From: an uncultured Chloroflexia bacterium
GTDB lineage: Bacteria > Chloroflexota > Limnocylindria > QHBO01
Length of the DNA stretch: 64,000 nucleotides
Assembly (NCBI GenBank): GCA_963783725.1
Contig: CAWAOJ010000002.1
Coordinates: 2,153,662 to 2,217,661 of the forward strand
Reading direction: 5' to 3'
A program made the position numbers and the translations under genes. Of the stretch, positions 9,522-20,080 are shown piece after piece; position 1 is the first letter of the stretch; each line of letters begins with the position of its first letter. The notes under the pieces were generated by a model that did not search any database, was not told the origin of the DNA, and was given only the letters and a program-made list of their open reading frames with translations.

Positions 9522-10757
9522 ATGCGGCCTGTGCGGCGCGCGCTCCAAGCCCTGTCGCGCATCGGGGCCGATCCGGCGGACCCCGCCGACCTGCGGACCA
9601 GGAAGGCGCTGCTGGTCAGCGTGTCGGTGCTGGTGCTGCCCGCAGGCCTGGTGTGGGGACTGCTGTACGTCGTCTTCGGCGAGCCGATGCCGGCCATCAT
9701 CCCGCTCGGCTATACCGTCGTCTCGATCGGCGTCATCGCCGTCTTCGGCGCCACGCGCAGCTACCGTCTGCTGCGCACCGTCGAGCTGACGCTGATCCTG
9801 CTGATGCCGTTCATCCTGTCGCTCTCCCTGGGCGGGATCGTGCCGTCGAGTGGCGTGATCCTGTGGTCGTTCCTCTCGCCGGCGGCCGCCATCGCCTTCG
9901 ACGGGCCTCGGCGCGCATGGCGCTGGATGGCGGGCTTCCTGGTGCTCGTCCTCGGGCTGCCGGTCCTGGCGCCGCTGGTCCGCACCGCGCCGGTCAACCT
10001 GCCGCCCGGAATCATCCTCGCCTTCGGCGCGCTGAACATCGCGACCGTCGGCCTCATCTGCTTTGCGCTGCTCTCCGCCTTCGCCGCCCAGCGCGAGCAG
10101 GCGCGGCAACGGGTCGAGGAGCTGGTCCTCAACATCCTCCCGCAGCAGATCGCCGAGCGGCTGCAGACCGACCGGCGCGCCATCGCGGACCAGTTCGTCG
10201 CCGCGAGCATCCTCTTCGCCGACGTGGTCGATTTCACGCCGATGTCGGCCGAGCTTCCTCCCGACCGCCTGGTGGCGATGCTCGACGGGCTGTTCAGCGA
10301 CTTCGACGACCTCGCGGACCGATTCGGGCTCGAGAAGATCAAGACCATCGGCGACTGCTACATGGTGGCCGCCGGCGTGCCGCAGCCGCGCGACGACCAC
10401 GCACAGGTCCTGGCGCGCATGGCGCTCGCGATGCGCGATTCGGCGTTGCGCCACGCGCGGGCCGACGGGAGCGCCATCCGGCTGCGGATCGGCATCAGCT
10501 CCGGCCCGGTGGTCGCGGGGGTGATCGGGCGTCGCCGCTTCCTGTACGACCTGTGGGGCGACGCGGTGAACACCGCCAGCCGCATGGAGTCGCACGGAGA
10601 GCCGGGCGAGATCCAGATCACCGACGCCACCCGCGAGCTGCTGCAGGACGCGTTCGAATGCCGGCTGCGTGGCACGGTGCAGGTGAAGGGCAAGGGACCG
10701 ATGCGGACCTGGTTCCTGGTCGGCGAGCGTCCCGCTAGCGGCGCGCGACCAGCGTGA
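9522..10757 (+). CDS. membrane-anchored class III adenylate/guanylate cyclase
   Basis: About 6 TM helices, then 'NILP', 'LFADVVDFT', 'EKIKTIGDCYM', 'RIGISSG', 'YDLWGDAVNTASRMES'. Confidence 0.93.
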   Translation: MRPVRRALQALSRIGADPADPADLRTRKALLVSVSVLVLPAGLVWGLLYVVFGEPMPAIIPLGYTVVSIGVIAVFGATRSYRLLRTVELTLILLMPFILSLSLGGIVPSSGVILWSFLSPAAAIAFDGPRRAWRWMAGFLVLVLGLPVLAPLVRTAPVNLPPGIILAFGALNIATVGLICFALLSAFAAQREQARQRVEELVLNILPQQIAERLQTDRRAIADQFVAASILFADVVDFTPMSAELPPDRLVAMLDGLFSDFDDLADRFGLEKIKTIGDCYMVAAGVPQPRDDHAQVLARMALAMRDSALRHARADGSAIRLRIGISSGPVVAGVIGRRRFLYDLWGDAVNTASRMESHGEPGEIQITDATRELLQDAFECRLRGTVQVKGKGPMRTWFLVGERPASGARPA

Positions 10758-11541
10758 CCACGGGCGCGCGCCACACGAAGTCCTGGGCCGAGAGGCCGCG
10801 CCAGCGGCGCAGCGTCTCGCGGCGCACCTCCTCGCGCCGCTCGTCGTCGAGCGCCTCGAAGACGTCGTCGCGCTCCCAGTTCTCGAGCGTGCCGAGGTAG
10901 CTCCGCGGGGAGAAGCGGTGCTCCAGCTGCGACTCCCGCGCGTCGATGTCTCGGAAGCCCGCCACGCGCAGCTCCTCGCTCGCCTCGCCGCGCGAGGAAA
11001 AGGGGTCGGTGTCGTGGCCGGGCTCCGGATCGGGCAGGTCGAGCGCATCGGCCATCTCGTCGAAGGCGGTCATGGGAGCGAACTCGTCGTCGGTGGCGAG
11101 CCAGGTCACGATGGCCAGCGTGCCATCCGGACGAAGCACGCGACCCATCTCGGCCAGCGCGGCGGCGCGGTCGGGGACGAGCTGCAGCACGAACGACGAC
11201 AGCACCAGGTCGGCGGTCGCGTCGGCGAGCGGGATCGCGGCGGCCTCGCCCTCCAGGAGGGTCAGCTGGGCGCCGGCATCGCGCGCGGACCCGGCGGCGA
11301 TGGCGCGCATCCCGGCGGAGGGATCGACGCCGATCACCGTCGCTGCCGGCCATCGGCGCGCGACCGCCAGCGCCAGCACGCCCGTCCCCGTTCCCACGTC
11401 GACGACGCGCGGCTCGGCCAGTGCCTCGAGGAGGGGAGCCACGCGGTCCAGCAGCGCGAGCGCGGTCGGCGCGATCACCGGGCCCCACCACTCCCGGTAT
11501 CGGCCGGCGGCGCGGTCGTACGACTCGGTCAGCGCGGACAT
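10735..11541 (-). CDS. class I SAM-dependent methyltransferase
   Basis: 'VVDVGTGTG', 'GVDPSAGM', 'RVLRPDG'. Confidence 0.88.
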   Translation of the reverse strand: MSALTESYDRAAGRYREWWGPVIAPTALALLDRVAPLLEALAEPRVVDVGTGTGVLALAVARRWPAATVIGVDPSAGMRAIAAGSARDAGAQLTLLEGEAAAIPLADATADLVLSSFVLQLVPDRAAALAEMGRVLRPDGTLAIVTWLATDDEFAPMTAFDEMADALDLPDPEPGHDTDPFSSRGEASEELRVAGFRDIDARESQLEHRFSPRSYLGTLENWERDDVFEALDDERREEVRRETLRRWRGLSAQDFVWRAPVVTLVARR

Positions 11542-11556
11542 CTGTTCCGTGCGCGG

Positions 11557-11784
11557 CTAGAGGCGAGCGCCGGTGGTGTCGGGCGGTTCCGGCCGCTCGA
11601 TCGGCTCGTCCAGCCCGTTCACCGTCACCCCGTTCAGGCTCGACCGCTCGAGGCGATCGTGCTCCTCGACGACGATCGCGGCGGGCGGACGCTTGTGCAG
11701 GATCTGCTGCTCCAGGCCGGCCAGAAAACCGCCGATCGTGCGGCTGGCGCCGCTGAACGAGGGGAGCGGTCGCTGCTGGGGCAT
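11557..11784 (-). CDS. small hypothetical protein (75 aa)
   Basis: ATG overlaps the upstream stop (TGATG); 'MPQQRPLPSFSGASRTIGGFLAGLEQQILHKRPPAAIVVEE'. Confidence 0.6.
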   Translation of the reverse strand: MPQQRPLPSFSGASRTIGGFLAGLEQQILHKRPPAAIVVEEHDRLERSSLNGVTVNGLDEPIERPEPPDTTGARL

Positions 11785-12242
11785 CAGAACGGCTTCACGA
11801 CCATGAGCCACACGATCAGCAGCAGCCCGATGACGCCGACCCATGTCAGCACCAGCGGCCGCGCGGACGACGTCATCTCGGCCAGCTGCCCCGGCGTGAC
11901 CTCGGGATCGCCGACTGCGCGTCTCAGGTTGACGTAGTACGGCGAGGCCATGGCGTACATCGCCATCAGCTCGACGATGAGCAGTCCGATCGCGACCCAC
12001 AGCCACAGCGCACCCCACAGCTCGCCGACGAACCCGGCCGCAACGCCGGCCACGATCAGGAGCAGCAGCGACGGGTACATCACCATCAGGCTCGCCTGCG
12101 AGATGCGCAGCATGGCCGCGACGCGCGCCGCATCGGTCTCGCGACGGATGGCGAGCGCCACGAACGCCGAAGCGCCGTGGGCGAAGACGAAGCCGAAGGC
12201 GCCGGCAACGTGCAGGAAGACGAGCCAGGGCTGGAGGTCCAT
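11784..12242 (-). CDS. DUF2269-like four-helix membrane protein
   Basis: 'WLVFLHV...AHG', 4 TM segments, C-terminal 'WLMVVKPF'. Confidence 0.78.
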   Translation of the reverse strand: MDLQPWLVFLHVAGAFGFVFAHGASAFVALAIRRETDAARVAAMLRISQASLMVMYPSLLLLIVAGVAAGFVGELWGALWLWVAIGLLIVELMAMYAMASPYYVNLRRAVGDPEVTPGQLAEMTSSARPLVLTWVGVIGLLLIVWLMVVKPF

Positions 12243-12299
12243 GCCGAACAGCGTACCGCCTCGTCCCGACCGGGCCAACCGCCCGGGTGTGGCTCGAAA

Positions 12300-12647
12300 T
12301 GGCGCGAAATTATCGCCCCTGCCGATGAAACCGCGTCATTCCGGCGCGGACGGCCCGAATTGGCGCGAAATTATCGCCCCTGCCGATGAAACCGCGTCAG
12401 ATTGCCGCGCAGGGATCGAATTGGCCCGAATTGGCGCGAAATTATCGCCTCTGCCGATGAAACCGGGTCATTCCGGCGCGAATGGCTCGAATTGGCGCGA
12501 ATCTATCGCCCCCGCCGATGAAACCGCGTCACATTGACCGGCAGCGCCCGAATTGGCGCGAATCTATCGCCCCCGCCGATGGAACCGCGTCACATTCACC
12601 GGCAGCGGTCGATTTGGCGCGAAATTATCGGCCCTGCCGATAACCCC
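12300..12647 (+). repeat. array 1 of a 39-bp imperfect palindrome (6 units, last degenerate)
   Basis: Core TGGCGCGAAATTATCGCCCCTGCCGATGAAACCGCGTCA starting at 12300, 12361, 12432, 12493, 12554 and 12615; linkers 22, 32, 22, 22, 22 bp. Confidence 0.95.
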
Positions 12648-12660
12648 AACCCCGGCGTGG

Positions 12661-13689
12661 TCAGTTGCCTCCGATGAAGCGGAAGACCGAACCGAGGTTC
12701 GGCAGCCGGCCCTCCTGTTCGAAGAGGAACAGGATCCCCACCAGCAGGCTGAACGTGCCTGCCACCACGCCGACGGCGATGTAGATGCGCTGCCGAAGCT
12801 GGCTCGCCACGAAGCCGGTCGCGGAGAGGACGATGATCGCGCTGTTGCTGAGCAGCAGGCCGACGATGAAGGCGAGCATCATCGGTGCGCCGAGGCCGAT
12901 GCTGGCGGCCCCGCCGACCGTCGCGATCAGGACGACCTGCGTCCCGGTCTCGGCGCCGATGCCGTGGATCATCCCGACCGCGAACGCGGTCCGCACGCCG
13001 TAGGAGCTCATCTCGACCGGCTCGACGTGCTCGTGACCGTGAAGCCTTGCCTGCAGCCGGTGCCAGCCGTAGCGCACGGAGTCGAAGACGAGCATCCATC
13101 GGCTGCGGAGCCGGAACTCCTGTCCATGCCGCGCGTACTGGTAGAGCGAGTAGAAGACCCAGCCGCCCAGCACCACCAGCGTCACGCCGACCACGCGGCC
13201 CATGATCGGGTCGACCCACGAGGGCAGCAGCGCCCCGAAGGCGAGGGCCGCGATGCCGAGCACCGCCACGACCGATGCGTGGCCCAGCGCGTAGAGCGTG
13301 CCGAGCAGCACCGCGTGGCCCTGCTCGGACAGGAAGCGGCCGCGCGTCAGGCGATGCACGTGCGCGTGCGCGCCGGCGACGGCCTCGGCGCGGTGCGCGG
13401 CAAGCTCGCCAGGTCCGCCGTGCGGGTGCGCCGTCGACCCCGCCGCGTGGTGCTCCGCGTGTCCCTCCTCGGCGGCCTCGGCGGCGGCCGTCGTGCTGGT
13501 GATGTCGACGATCGCCGCGATGTGGTCCCAGTCGATGCCGTGGCGGATGCCGAGCAGCAGCGCCGTCAGCAGCAGCGTGGCGCCGCTGGCGGTGGAGCCT
13601 GCCGAGGGCGTGGTGACGCACCCGCCGAGTGCCAGCGCCAAAACGGCAGGGCCGATGAACGCGCCGAGCCGGCGGACGCGAGTGAACAC
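12661..13689 (-). CDS. HoxN/HupN/NixA (NiCoT)-like nickel/cobalt transporter
   Basis: 'LLGIRHGIDWDHIAAI' signature, His-rich loop, 'LGHASVV', 'GMIHGIGAET'; GTG start with TACCAT 6 nt upstream. Confidence 0.85.
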   Translation of the reverse strand: MFTRVRRLGAFIGPAVLALALGGCVTTPSAGSTASGATLLLTALLLGIRHGIDWDHIAAIVDITSTTAAAEAAEEGHAEHHAAGSTAHPHGGPGELAAHRAEAVAGAHAHVHRLTRGRFLSEQGHAVLLGTLYALGHASVVAVLGIAALAFGALLPSWVDPIMGRVVGVTLVVLGGWVFYSLYQYARHGQEFRLRSRWMLVFDSVRYGWHRLQARLHGHEHVEPVEMSSYGVRTAFAVGMIHGIGAETGTQVVLIATVGGAASIGLGAPMMLAFIVGLLLSNSAIIVLSATGFVASQLRQRIYIAVGVVAGTFSLLVGILFLFEQEGRLPNLGSVFRFIGGN

Positions 13690-13715
13690 CGACGGATGGT
13701 AGGGGATCGCCGATG

Positions 13716-13737
13716 TTATTGCAACGGAGTGCAATAA
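13716..13737. promoter_or_regulatory. inverted repeat, probable Fur-family (Zur/Nur-like) operator
   Basis: TTATTGCA-acggag-TGCAATAA, between the divergent -10 boxes of the transporter and the Fur gene. Confidence 0.7.
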
Positions 13738-13765
13738 GGCGCAGCAACCGATATACTGCCGGCGC

Positions 13766-14248
13766 ATGACACCGCTGCAACCGCCTCGTTCGACCGCGCC
13801 GCCGCCAGACACGGACCGTCACTGGCGCGACGTTCCCGCGCGGCTGCGAGGCCGCGGCCTGCGCTGGACGCCCCAGCGCCGCACGGTGATCGACGTGCTC
13901 GCCACCACCCGCGGTCATATCACCGCCGCGGAGCTCGTCGAGCGCTGCCGGAGCGCGGATCCGGCGACGATTCCCTCCACCGTCTACCGCACCCTGGACG
14001 TGCTCGAGCAGCTCGGCCTCGTCCGCCACGCTCACGGCGTCGACGGCCGCGAGGAGTTCCACGTCGGGCCGGACGTGGACCGCCACGGTCACCTCTACTG
14101 CGAGAGCTGCGGCCGCCGCTGGGAGATCTCCGACGCGGAGGGCGCCGGCGTGCGCGCCGCGTTCGCGGATCTCGACGGATTCGAGCCGGACCTGTCGCAC
14201 ATGACCGTCGTCGGTCGCTGCCGGGCGTGCCGCCAGGCGGCTGGATGA
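13766..14248 (+). CDS. Fur family metalloregulator (Zur/Nur-like)
   Basis: 'GLRWTPQR', 'STVYRTL', 'HGHLYCESC', C-terminal 'CRAC'. Confidence 0.92.
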   Translation: MTPLQPPRSTAPPPDTDRHWRDVPARLRGRGLRWTPQRRTVIDVLATTRGHITAAELVERCRSADPATIPSTVYRTLDVLEQLGLVRHAHGVDGREEFHVGPDVDRHGHLYCESCGRRWEISDAEGAGVRAAFADLDGFEPDLSHMTVVGRCRACRQAAG

Positions 14249-15109
14249 CGTTCCTCGAGCTTCCCCTTGCGTCACCCGGCGATTCGGCGGACGTCACCAT
14301 CCTCGGCGTGCCGCGCGCCGTCGACTATCCCGGCGCCGATGCGGCGTGCGCTCGACGGCCCGGCCGCCATCCGCCGCCGGTCGCAGCGTCTGGCAGCCTT
14401 CGTCGAGCACCACGACTTCGACGTCGACGGACCGATGCTGCCGGCGGGCCTGCGCGTGGTGGACGCCGGCGACGCCGACGGAGCCGTGGCGGAGGAGGCG
14501 GCCGTGCGATCGATCCTCGCCTCGCGCGGGGTGCCGGTGATCCTGGGCGGTGACGACTCGGTGCCGATCCCGCTGCTGCGCGCGTACGACACCCCGATCG
14601 CCGTGCTCCAGGTGGACGCCCACCTGGACTTCCGAGACGAAGTGGACGGCGTCCGGGACGGCTATTCCTCGTCGATGCGTCGCGCCTCCGAGATGGAGCA
14701 CGTGCAGCGCATCGTGCAGGTCGGGCTGCGCGGCGTCGGCACGGCACGGCCCTCCGACGTCGCCGATGCGCGGGCCGCCGGCAACGTCCTCGTCACCGCC
14801 GCGGAGCTGCGCAGTCGCGGTGCCGACTGGGCGGCCGCGACCGAGCTAGCCAGCGGCGTCCCGGTCGTCCTCTGCTTCGATCTCGACGGGCTCGACCCGT
14901 CCGTCGCCCCGGGCGTCCGCGCGCCGGCGCCCGGCGGGCTGACCTACGCCGAGGCGTCCGACCTGCTGGCCGCCATTGCCCGCCGCGCGCCGATCGTCGG
15001 CGCCGCGTTCACCGAGTACGCCCCCGCGCTGGACGTCAACGAGGTGACCGCCCTCGTCGCCGTGCGGCTCGTCACCCAGCTGATCGCCGCGGTCGCCAGC
15101 TCGCGCTGA
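14245..15109 (+). CDS. arginase/agmatinase (ureohydrolase) family protein; frameshift near 14345
   Basis: ATGA overlap with the Fur stop; 'GPAAIR', 'GGDDS', 'DAHLD', 'DLDGLDPSVAPG', 'PGGLTY'. Confidence 0.87.
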
Positions 15110-15129
15110 CGCCGGCAGCCGGCTCGCGG

Positions 15130-18100
15130 CTACGCAGCCGCGAGCCGATCGGCCTCCTGCTCGAGCGCGTCCGCCGCCGCCTGCGTCAGCCAGCGCGGCG
15201 CCATGTCCTGCGCCTGGTCGCCGAACGCGATCAGCTGCGACACGTACGCATCGGTCTTGCCCGCCGCGAGGAAGCCGGCCGCCCTGTCGAGCCGGGTGTG
15301 GAAGAGCGACGCCTTCGACGCGTCGAGCTGTCCCTGGGCGACGAAGTAGTCGACCAGGGCGTGGAGGCGCGCCAGCGTGACGTCGTTCGACCAGCGTGCG
15401 ACCTGCGGATCGTGGTCCGACGCCCCGCGCGCGACGTCGCCGTCGTAGTCGGCCGGGAAGTCGGCGTTCACGTGCGCCGCCCGCATCTGGACCAGGTCGT
15501 CGAACTGCGACGAGGTCGCGAACTGCTGGTCGAGCGTCTGCGCCTGGCCGCCGAAGACGTAGCTGTACGCGCTCGCCGGCACCTCGGCCAGCAGCCGGTC
15601 GAACAGGTTGTGCAGCCCGGCGTCGTAGAGCGGCCCGAGCTGGTCGGACGGGTCCGAGGGGAACGGATCATCCGGGCGCGGGAAGACGTTGAAGTCGCCC
15701 GCGCTGATGACCCGCGCGCTCGCGTCCGCGCCCTGCAGCGCCTCGACGATGGCGGCGTTGTATGCCGCCTGCTCGGTCCGCTGTCCGACGCGCCCGTCAG
15801 GGCCTGACGAGAAGTGGTTGCTGATCGCGTACAGCTCGGTGAAGACCGACTGACCGATCCCGTCGCGCCAGACCCGGAAGTGCCCGACCTGCGGCGCACG
15901 GGTGTAGACGTTCGAGCCGTCGGTGCCGGTCGATCGATCGACGTCCGCGGGCAGCGTGGCGTTGAGCGCCTTCGGGTTGGAGACGTCGCTGTTGTAGCCC
16001 AGCGGCGTGCCGCGGTAGCTCACCGTGGGTGACGAGCCCAGCACCGGGTCGGAGGCCGATGCGGGCAGCAGCTCCACCCGATCGGTGCGGTACATGAAGG
16101 CCGAGACGATGCCGCGATCATCGGCGCCGTCGCGGTCGAAGGCGGTGCGGTAGGTCGGGCCGCCCGCGGCGGAGACCGCCAGGGCCAGCTCCTGCAGCGT
16201 GTCCGGCTGACCGTCCGCGTTGTCCGCCGTGCCGCAGCTCATCGCCCCGCCGACGACGGAGCAGATGTCCTGGTCCTCCGCCTCCTGGATCATCAGCAGG
16301 TCGGGCGCGTGCAGCGGGCCGACGATCTGCGCCGCCAGGTCGGAGAGGTGCTTCTCGTACGCCGCCTGCGAGGCGGGGACGTAGTCGAACGGCGGGCTGA
16401 CGCCGGGGCAGCCGGAGTTGCCGGTGAAGTCGCAGCCGTCGTTCGGGTCGTCGCGGAAGTCGTACAGGTTCTCGACGTTGTAGTCGCTGGTGGAGAACTC
16501 CTCGCCCGCGACGACCGGCTGCGGCGGCGCGTTGAGAGCCGGGTCGGCGCCGTGCGCCAGGGCCGGCTGCGTCGAGGTCTCGATGCCGTACTTGCTGAAG
16601 GCGTAGTTGACCGCCCCGACCAGCGCGTTGCCGACCGTGTCGAAGGTGCGCGCCGGCGCGATCAGCTCGGTGCTGTCGTGCGCCGCGGCCTTCAGCCCGT
16701 GGCTGGTGAGCAGGATCCGCTCGCCGTTGCCGTTGTCGACCAGCGCCGGCTCGTCGTCGAGCGGGTGGAAGTCGCGGAACACGCGGCGGGCATAGGGATC
16801 GCTGCGCGCGACGAGCGGATCGTCGCCGCGAATGACCCACACCTCGCCATCGGCGGTGCTGGCGAAGACGTCACGCGGCCCCACGACCTGGGCGCCGGCG
16901 GGCACGCCGACCAGCATCGACTCGTGGCGCTCCCAGAAGCGGTTGGCGTCCAGCAGGTCGTGCGACGGCGTCGCCTCGACGGACGCGAGCTCCGTCCCGA
17001 TGTCCACGCCGTGCCGCAGCACGTCGAGGATGAACGGGCTCGACAGCTCGGTCATGTTGAAGTACTCGCTCACCCGGCCGCGCACCACGATCTCGTCGCC
17101 GACGACCGGCGCGTACTGCGGACCCCGCGGGTCGTCGGCGTAGCGGATGGTCGTGAAGCGGCCGTTGAAGATCATCAGCCCGTCGGAGGTCAGCGGGTCG
17201 TTGTCGTCGCCGGCGAGCGTGCTCTGGATGAAGAAGCTCCAGCTGCTGCCGCCCGAGCTGGTGCGGGCCAGCGTCGCCTGCGTCACCACGCCGCGCACGA
17301 CCACGTCCTGCCCGGCGTACGGCGAGCCCTGGGTCGTCGGATCGACCGCGTCGGTCGTCTGGCCCTGCACCTCGCCGATCGTCTTCACCTCGTCGACCTG
17401 CACGCTGAGCGTGCAGCTGCCCGACTGCGGTGTCGCGTCGTCGTTGGTCGCGCTCACCGTGACGCTGTAGCTGCCGGGCGGCGTCGTGTCGCCGACCGAG
17501 ACGCTCGCGCTGGCCGTTCCGCCGACGGTCGTCGCCGGCGTCACCGAATCGATGGCGATCGTGCCCGGATCGCCGGGCGAGATGGCCGTGATGGCGAAGC
17601 CGGTCACGGTGCCGTCGGCGTCGCTGGCGCTGACCGTGCCGCTGCCCGCCACGCCCTCGAGCGTCGTCACGCCGGCGCTGCAGTCGGCGACCACCGGCTG
17701 GTTGCCGCCGGTCGCGACCTGGTGGCTGCCCAGGCCGCTGAACGTGTCGACCGGGAAGCCATCCCACTCGACGCTCGGGTCGAAGACGTCGCGCGAGTTC
17801 GGGTCGCCGGTCGTGACGGACGCCTTGCGGCGCAGCGTGTTGTCCGCGGTGCTCACGTCGCCGCTGCCCCACTCGCTGCCCGGGTCGAAGCCCACCTGCC
17901 CGATGCGGTCCACGACGCTCCCGGTCTTCATGCAGCACGACCGCGTCGTCACCGTTGAACCAGCTGTGGCTGTCGGTCTGGTCGGCGAGCGCCAGCAGCG
18001 GCGCGCTCGCCGAGGCGTTCACGACGACGTGCACGTCGTGCGCGGCGACCACGCCGCTGAGCGAGAAGAACGTGGTCAGCGGTCGACGAGCCGTTGAAGT

Positions 18101-18323
18101 ACATCGCCACCGCGTAGCCGGACGCGCCGAGGTCCACCGCCACGTCGCCCGGGTTGTAGAACTCGAGCGCCTTGTTGTTGCTGGTGCCCTCGACATACTC
18201 GCTGATGAACAGGTCGCCGGCGGCAGCGGCCGCGGGCGGCGGCGACCAGGCGAGGCTGACCAGAAGGCTGAGGACGACGAAGGCCGCGAAGGCACGGCGC
18301 GGGAGGGAGGCGAGCGATGGCAT
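15130..18323 (-). CDS. secreted ExeM/NucH-type nuclease (lamin-tail + Ig-like + OB + EEP domains); frameshifts near 17940 and 18085
   Basis: Signal peptide; 'LFISEYVEGTSNNKALEFYN', 'TIGEVQG', 'YNVENLYD', 'NHFSS', 'AGDFN', 'YSYVFGGQAQTLD', 'SDHDP'. Confidence 0.9.
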
Positions 18324-18463
18324 CGGTCTGTCGGAGGCTCCTGCAGCTGGGCGGACCGGCCGTGCGGCCGGCGTTGGGCGTCTCACGAAACCCTACCCAA
18401 TCGCGCGGGGAAGCCGCACCCCGAATGCGTACGTCTCGGTGCGGCGGTGCGCCGGACCTTCGG

Positions 18464-19279
18464 CTAGCGCACGTCCAGGGTCGCGTTGCGGCGGGCGCTG
18501 GTCTCGAGGTAGCGGAACAGGAAGAAGGCGAGCACCGCGTAGGCGATCCCGATCCCCAGCTCGGTCAGGATCAGCCCGCCGACGGTGTCGAGGCCCGCGC
18601 CATCCGCCGCTTGCCGCACCGCCTCCAGGCCGTGGGTGAAGGGAAGCACGTTGCCCACCACCTGCATCCAGGTCGGGAGCGCGTCGAGCGGGATGTTGAC
18701 GCCGCAGAACAGCAGGAAGCCCAGCACCAGCGCGTTCGCGCCCAAGAGCCCGTCGCGCAGCCGAAGCGAGACCGATCCCTGCAGCGCGCCCATGGCCGTG
18801 CACGAGAAGACGGTGACCACCAGCGCCAGCGCGACGACGCCGATGGTCGCCATCTGAAGCCGCACGCCGAGCAGCAGGATGCCGACCGCGAACGCGTAGA
18901 GCGAGACGAGCATCCCGTTGGCGAGGAACGGCAGGAAGCGACCGGCGAAGAGCGCCACGCGGTTGGCCGGCGTGGCCAGCAGGGCCGGCAGCGTGCCGAA
19001 CCAGCGCTCGTTGGCGATGGCCATGGTCATGCCGAAGATCCCCGCCACGGCGCTGACCTGCACGGCATTGCCGATGGCGAAGTAGGCCGGCGAGCGGCCG
19101 CTGGCGTACGACCCCAGCGCGGCGAAGAAGAGCAGCTGGAAGGTCGGGCCGCCGATGAGGGTCGGGATGTAGATCGAGGGCCGAGCCCAGTTGAACAGCA
19201 TCCCGTAGCTCATCCGTCCGCCGTACCAGAAGACGCGCCACGCGCTGCGCAGCGCATGCCTGTCGGTGTCGGCGGTCAC
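18464..19279 (-). CDS. ABC-2 type transporter permease
   Basis: 'ERWFGTL', about 6 TM helices, 'LPFTHG'. Confidence 0.85.
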   Translation of the reverse strand: MTADTDRHALRSAWRVFWYGGRMSYGMLFNWARPSIYIPTLIGGPTFQLLFFAALGSYASGRSPAYFAIGNAVQVSAVAGIFGMTMAIANERWFGTLPALLATPANRVALFAGRFLPFLANGMLVSLYAFAVGILLLGVRLQMATIGVVALALVVTVFSCTAMGALQGSVSLRLRDGLLGANALVLGFLLFCGVNIPLDALPTWMQVVGNVLPFTHGLEAVRQAADGAGLDTVGGLILTELGIGIAYAVLAFFLFRYLETSARRNATLDVR

Positions 19280-20072
19280 TGCAGCGACAGCGTCGCGTCG
19301 CGGCGCGCCTTGGTGAGCACGTAGGTGAGCGCGACGCGCGAGCCGAGGTAGTAGGCGACGGCAAGCAGTACGCACATCCCCATCGCGAACAGCGGCTGCC
19401 CCGGGTCGCTGCCCATGGCGGCGCCGCGGATCGCCTGCATGCCCCAGGTGGGGGCGAGCAGCCAGCTGATGGGCGTGACCCAGAAGGGGAGCGTGGCCAG
19501 CGGAACGAGCAGCCCTGTCGCCAGCCAGATCGGATACTCGAGCAGGTTGCCCAGCGCGTTGGCGTGGCGGTACAGCACGAAGGTCGTGGCGATGAGCATG
19601 CCCAGCGCGCCGAGCGACAGGATCGCCGCGGCCAGCGCCAGGGAAGCAGCAGCGGGAAGCTGGCCTGGATCGGCATGCCGAACAGCACCACGCCCCATAG
19701 CAGCGTGGTGCCGATGCCGTAGAAGCCCAGGATCACGGCCCCGAAGGTCTGACCGGCCAGGATCTGCTCGTAGCGCGTCGGGGCGTTGACCAGCAGCTCC
19801 AGCGTGCCCTCCCAGCGCTGCCAGGCGATGGCGCCGCCGCACCCGAAGAGGGTGGTGCTCCAGACGCCCATCATCCCGCTGCCGAGCGCCGCGTACAGCA
19901 GCGTCTGGCCGCTCTGGCCGTTTCCGAGCCGGAACAGGAAGAAGGCAAGGGTGGCGAAGATGATCGGCGTGAAGAAGGTGGTCATGAGGAAGAACTCGCT
20001 CATGAGCAGCATCTTCACGTTGAAGCGGGTGACCGCCCAGACCGTGCGCGCTCCGCGCGCGAACCCAGCCAT
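19276..20072 (-). CDS. ABC-2 type transporter permease; frameshift near 19645
   Basis: 'QRWEGTLE', TM helices, 'LAPTWGMQAIR'. Confidence 0.82.
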
Positions 20073-20080
20073 CGGTCGCC

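Noticed and set aside
12300..12647. CRISPR array
   Set aside because: Linkers are mostly 22 bp and similar to each other, repeats vary internally, there is no AT-rich leader, and no cas gene lies in the window.
11950..12660. ORFs crossing repeat array 1 (11950-12537, 12177-12389, start of 12553-13737)
   Set aside because: They are translations of a non-triplet repeat and lie antisense to real genes.
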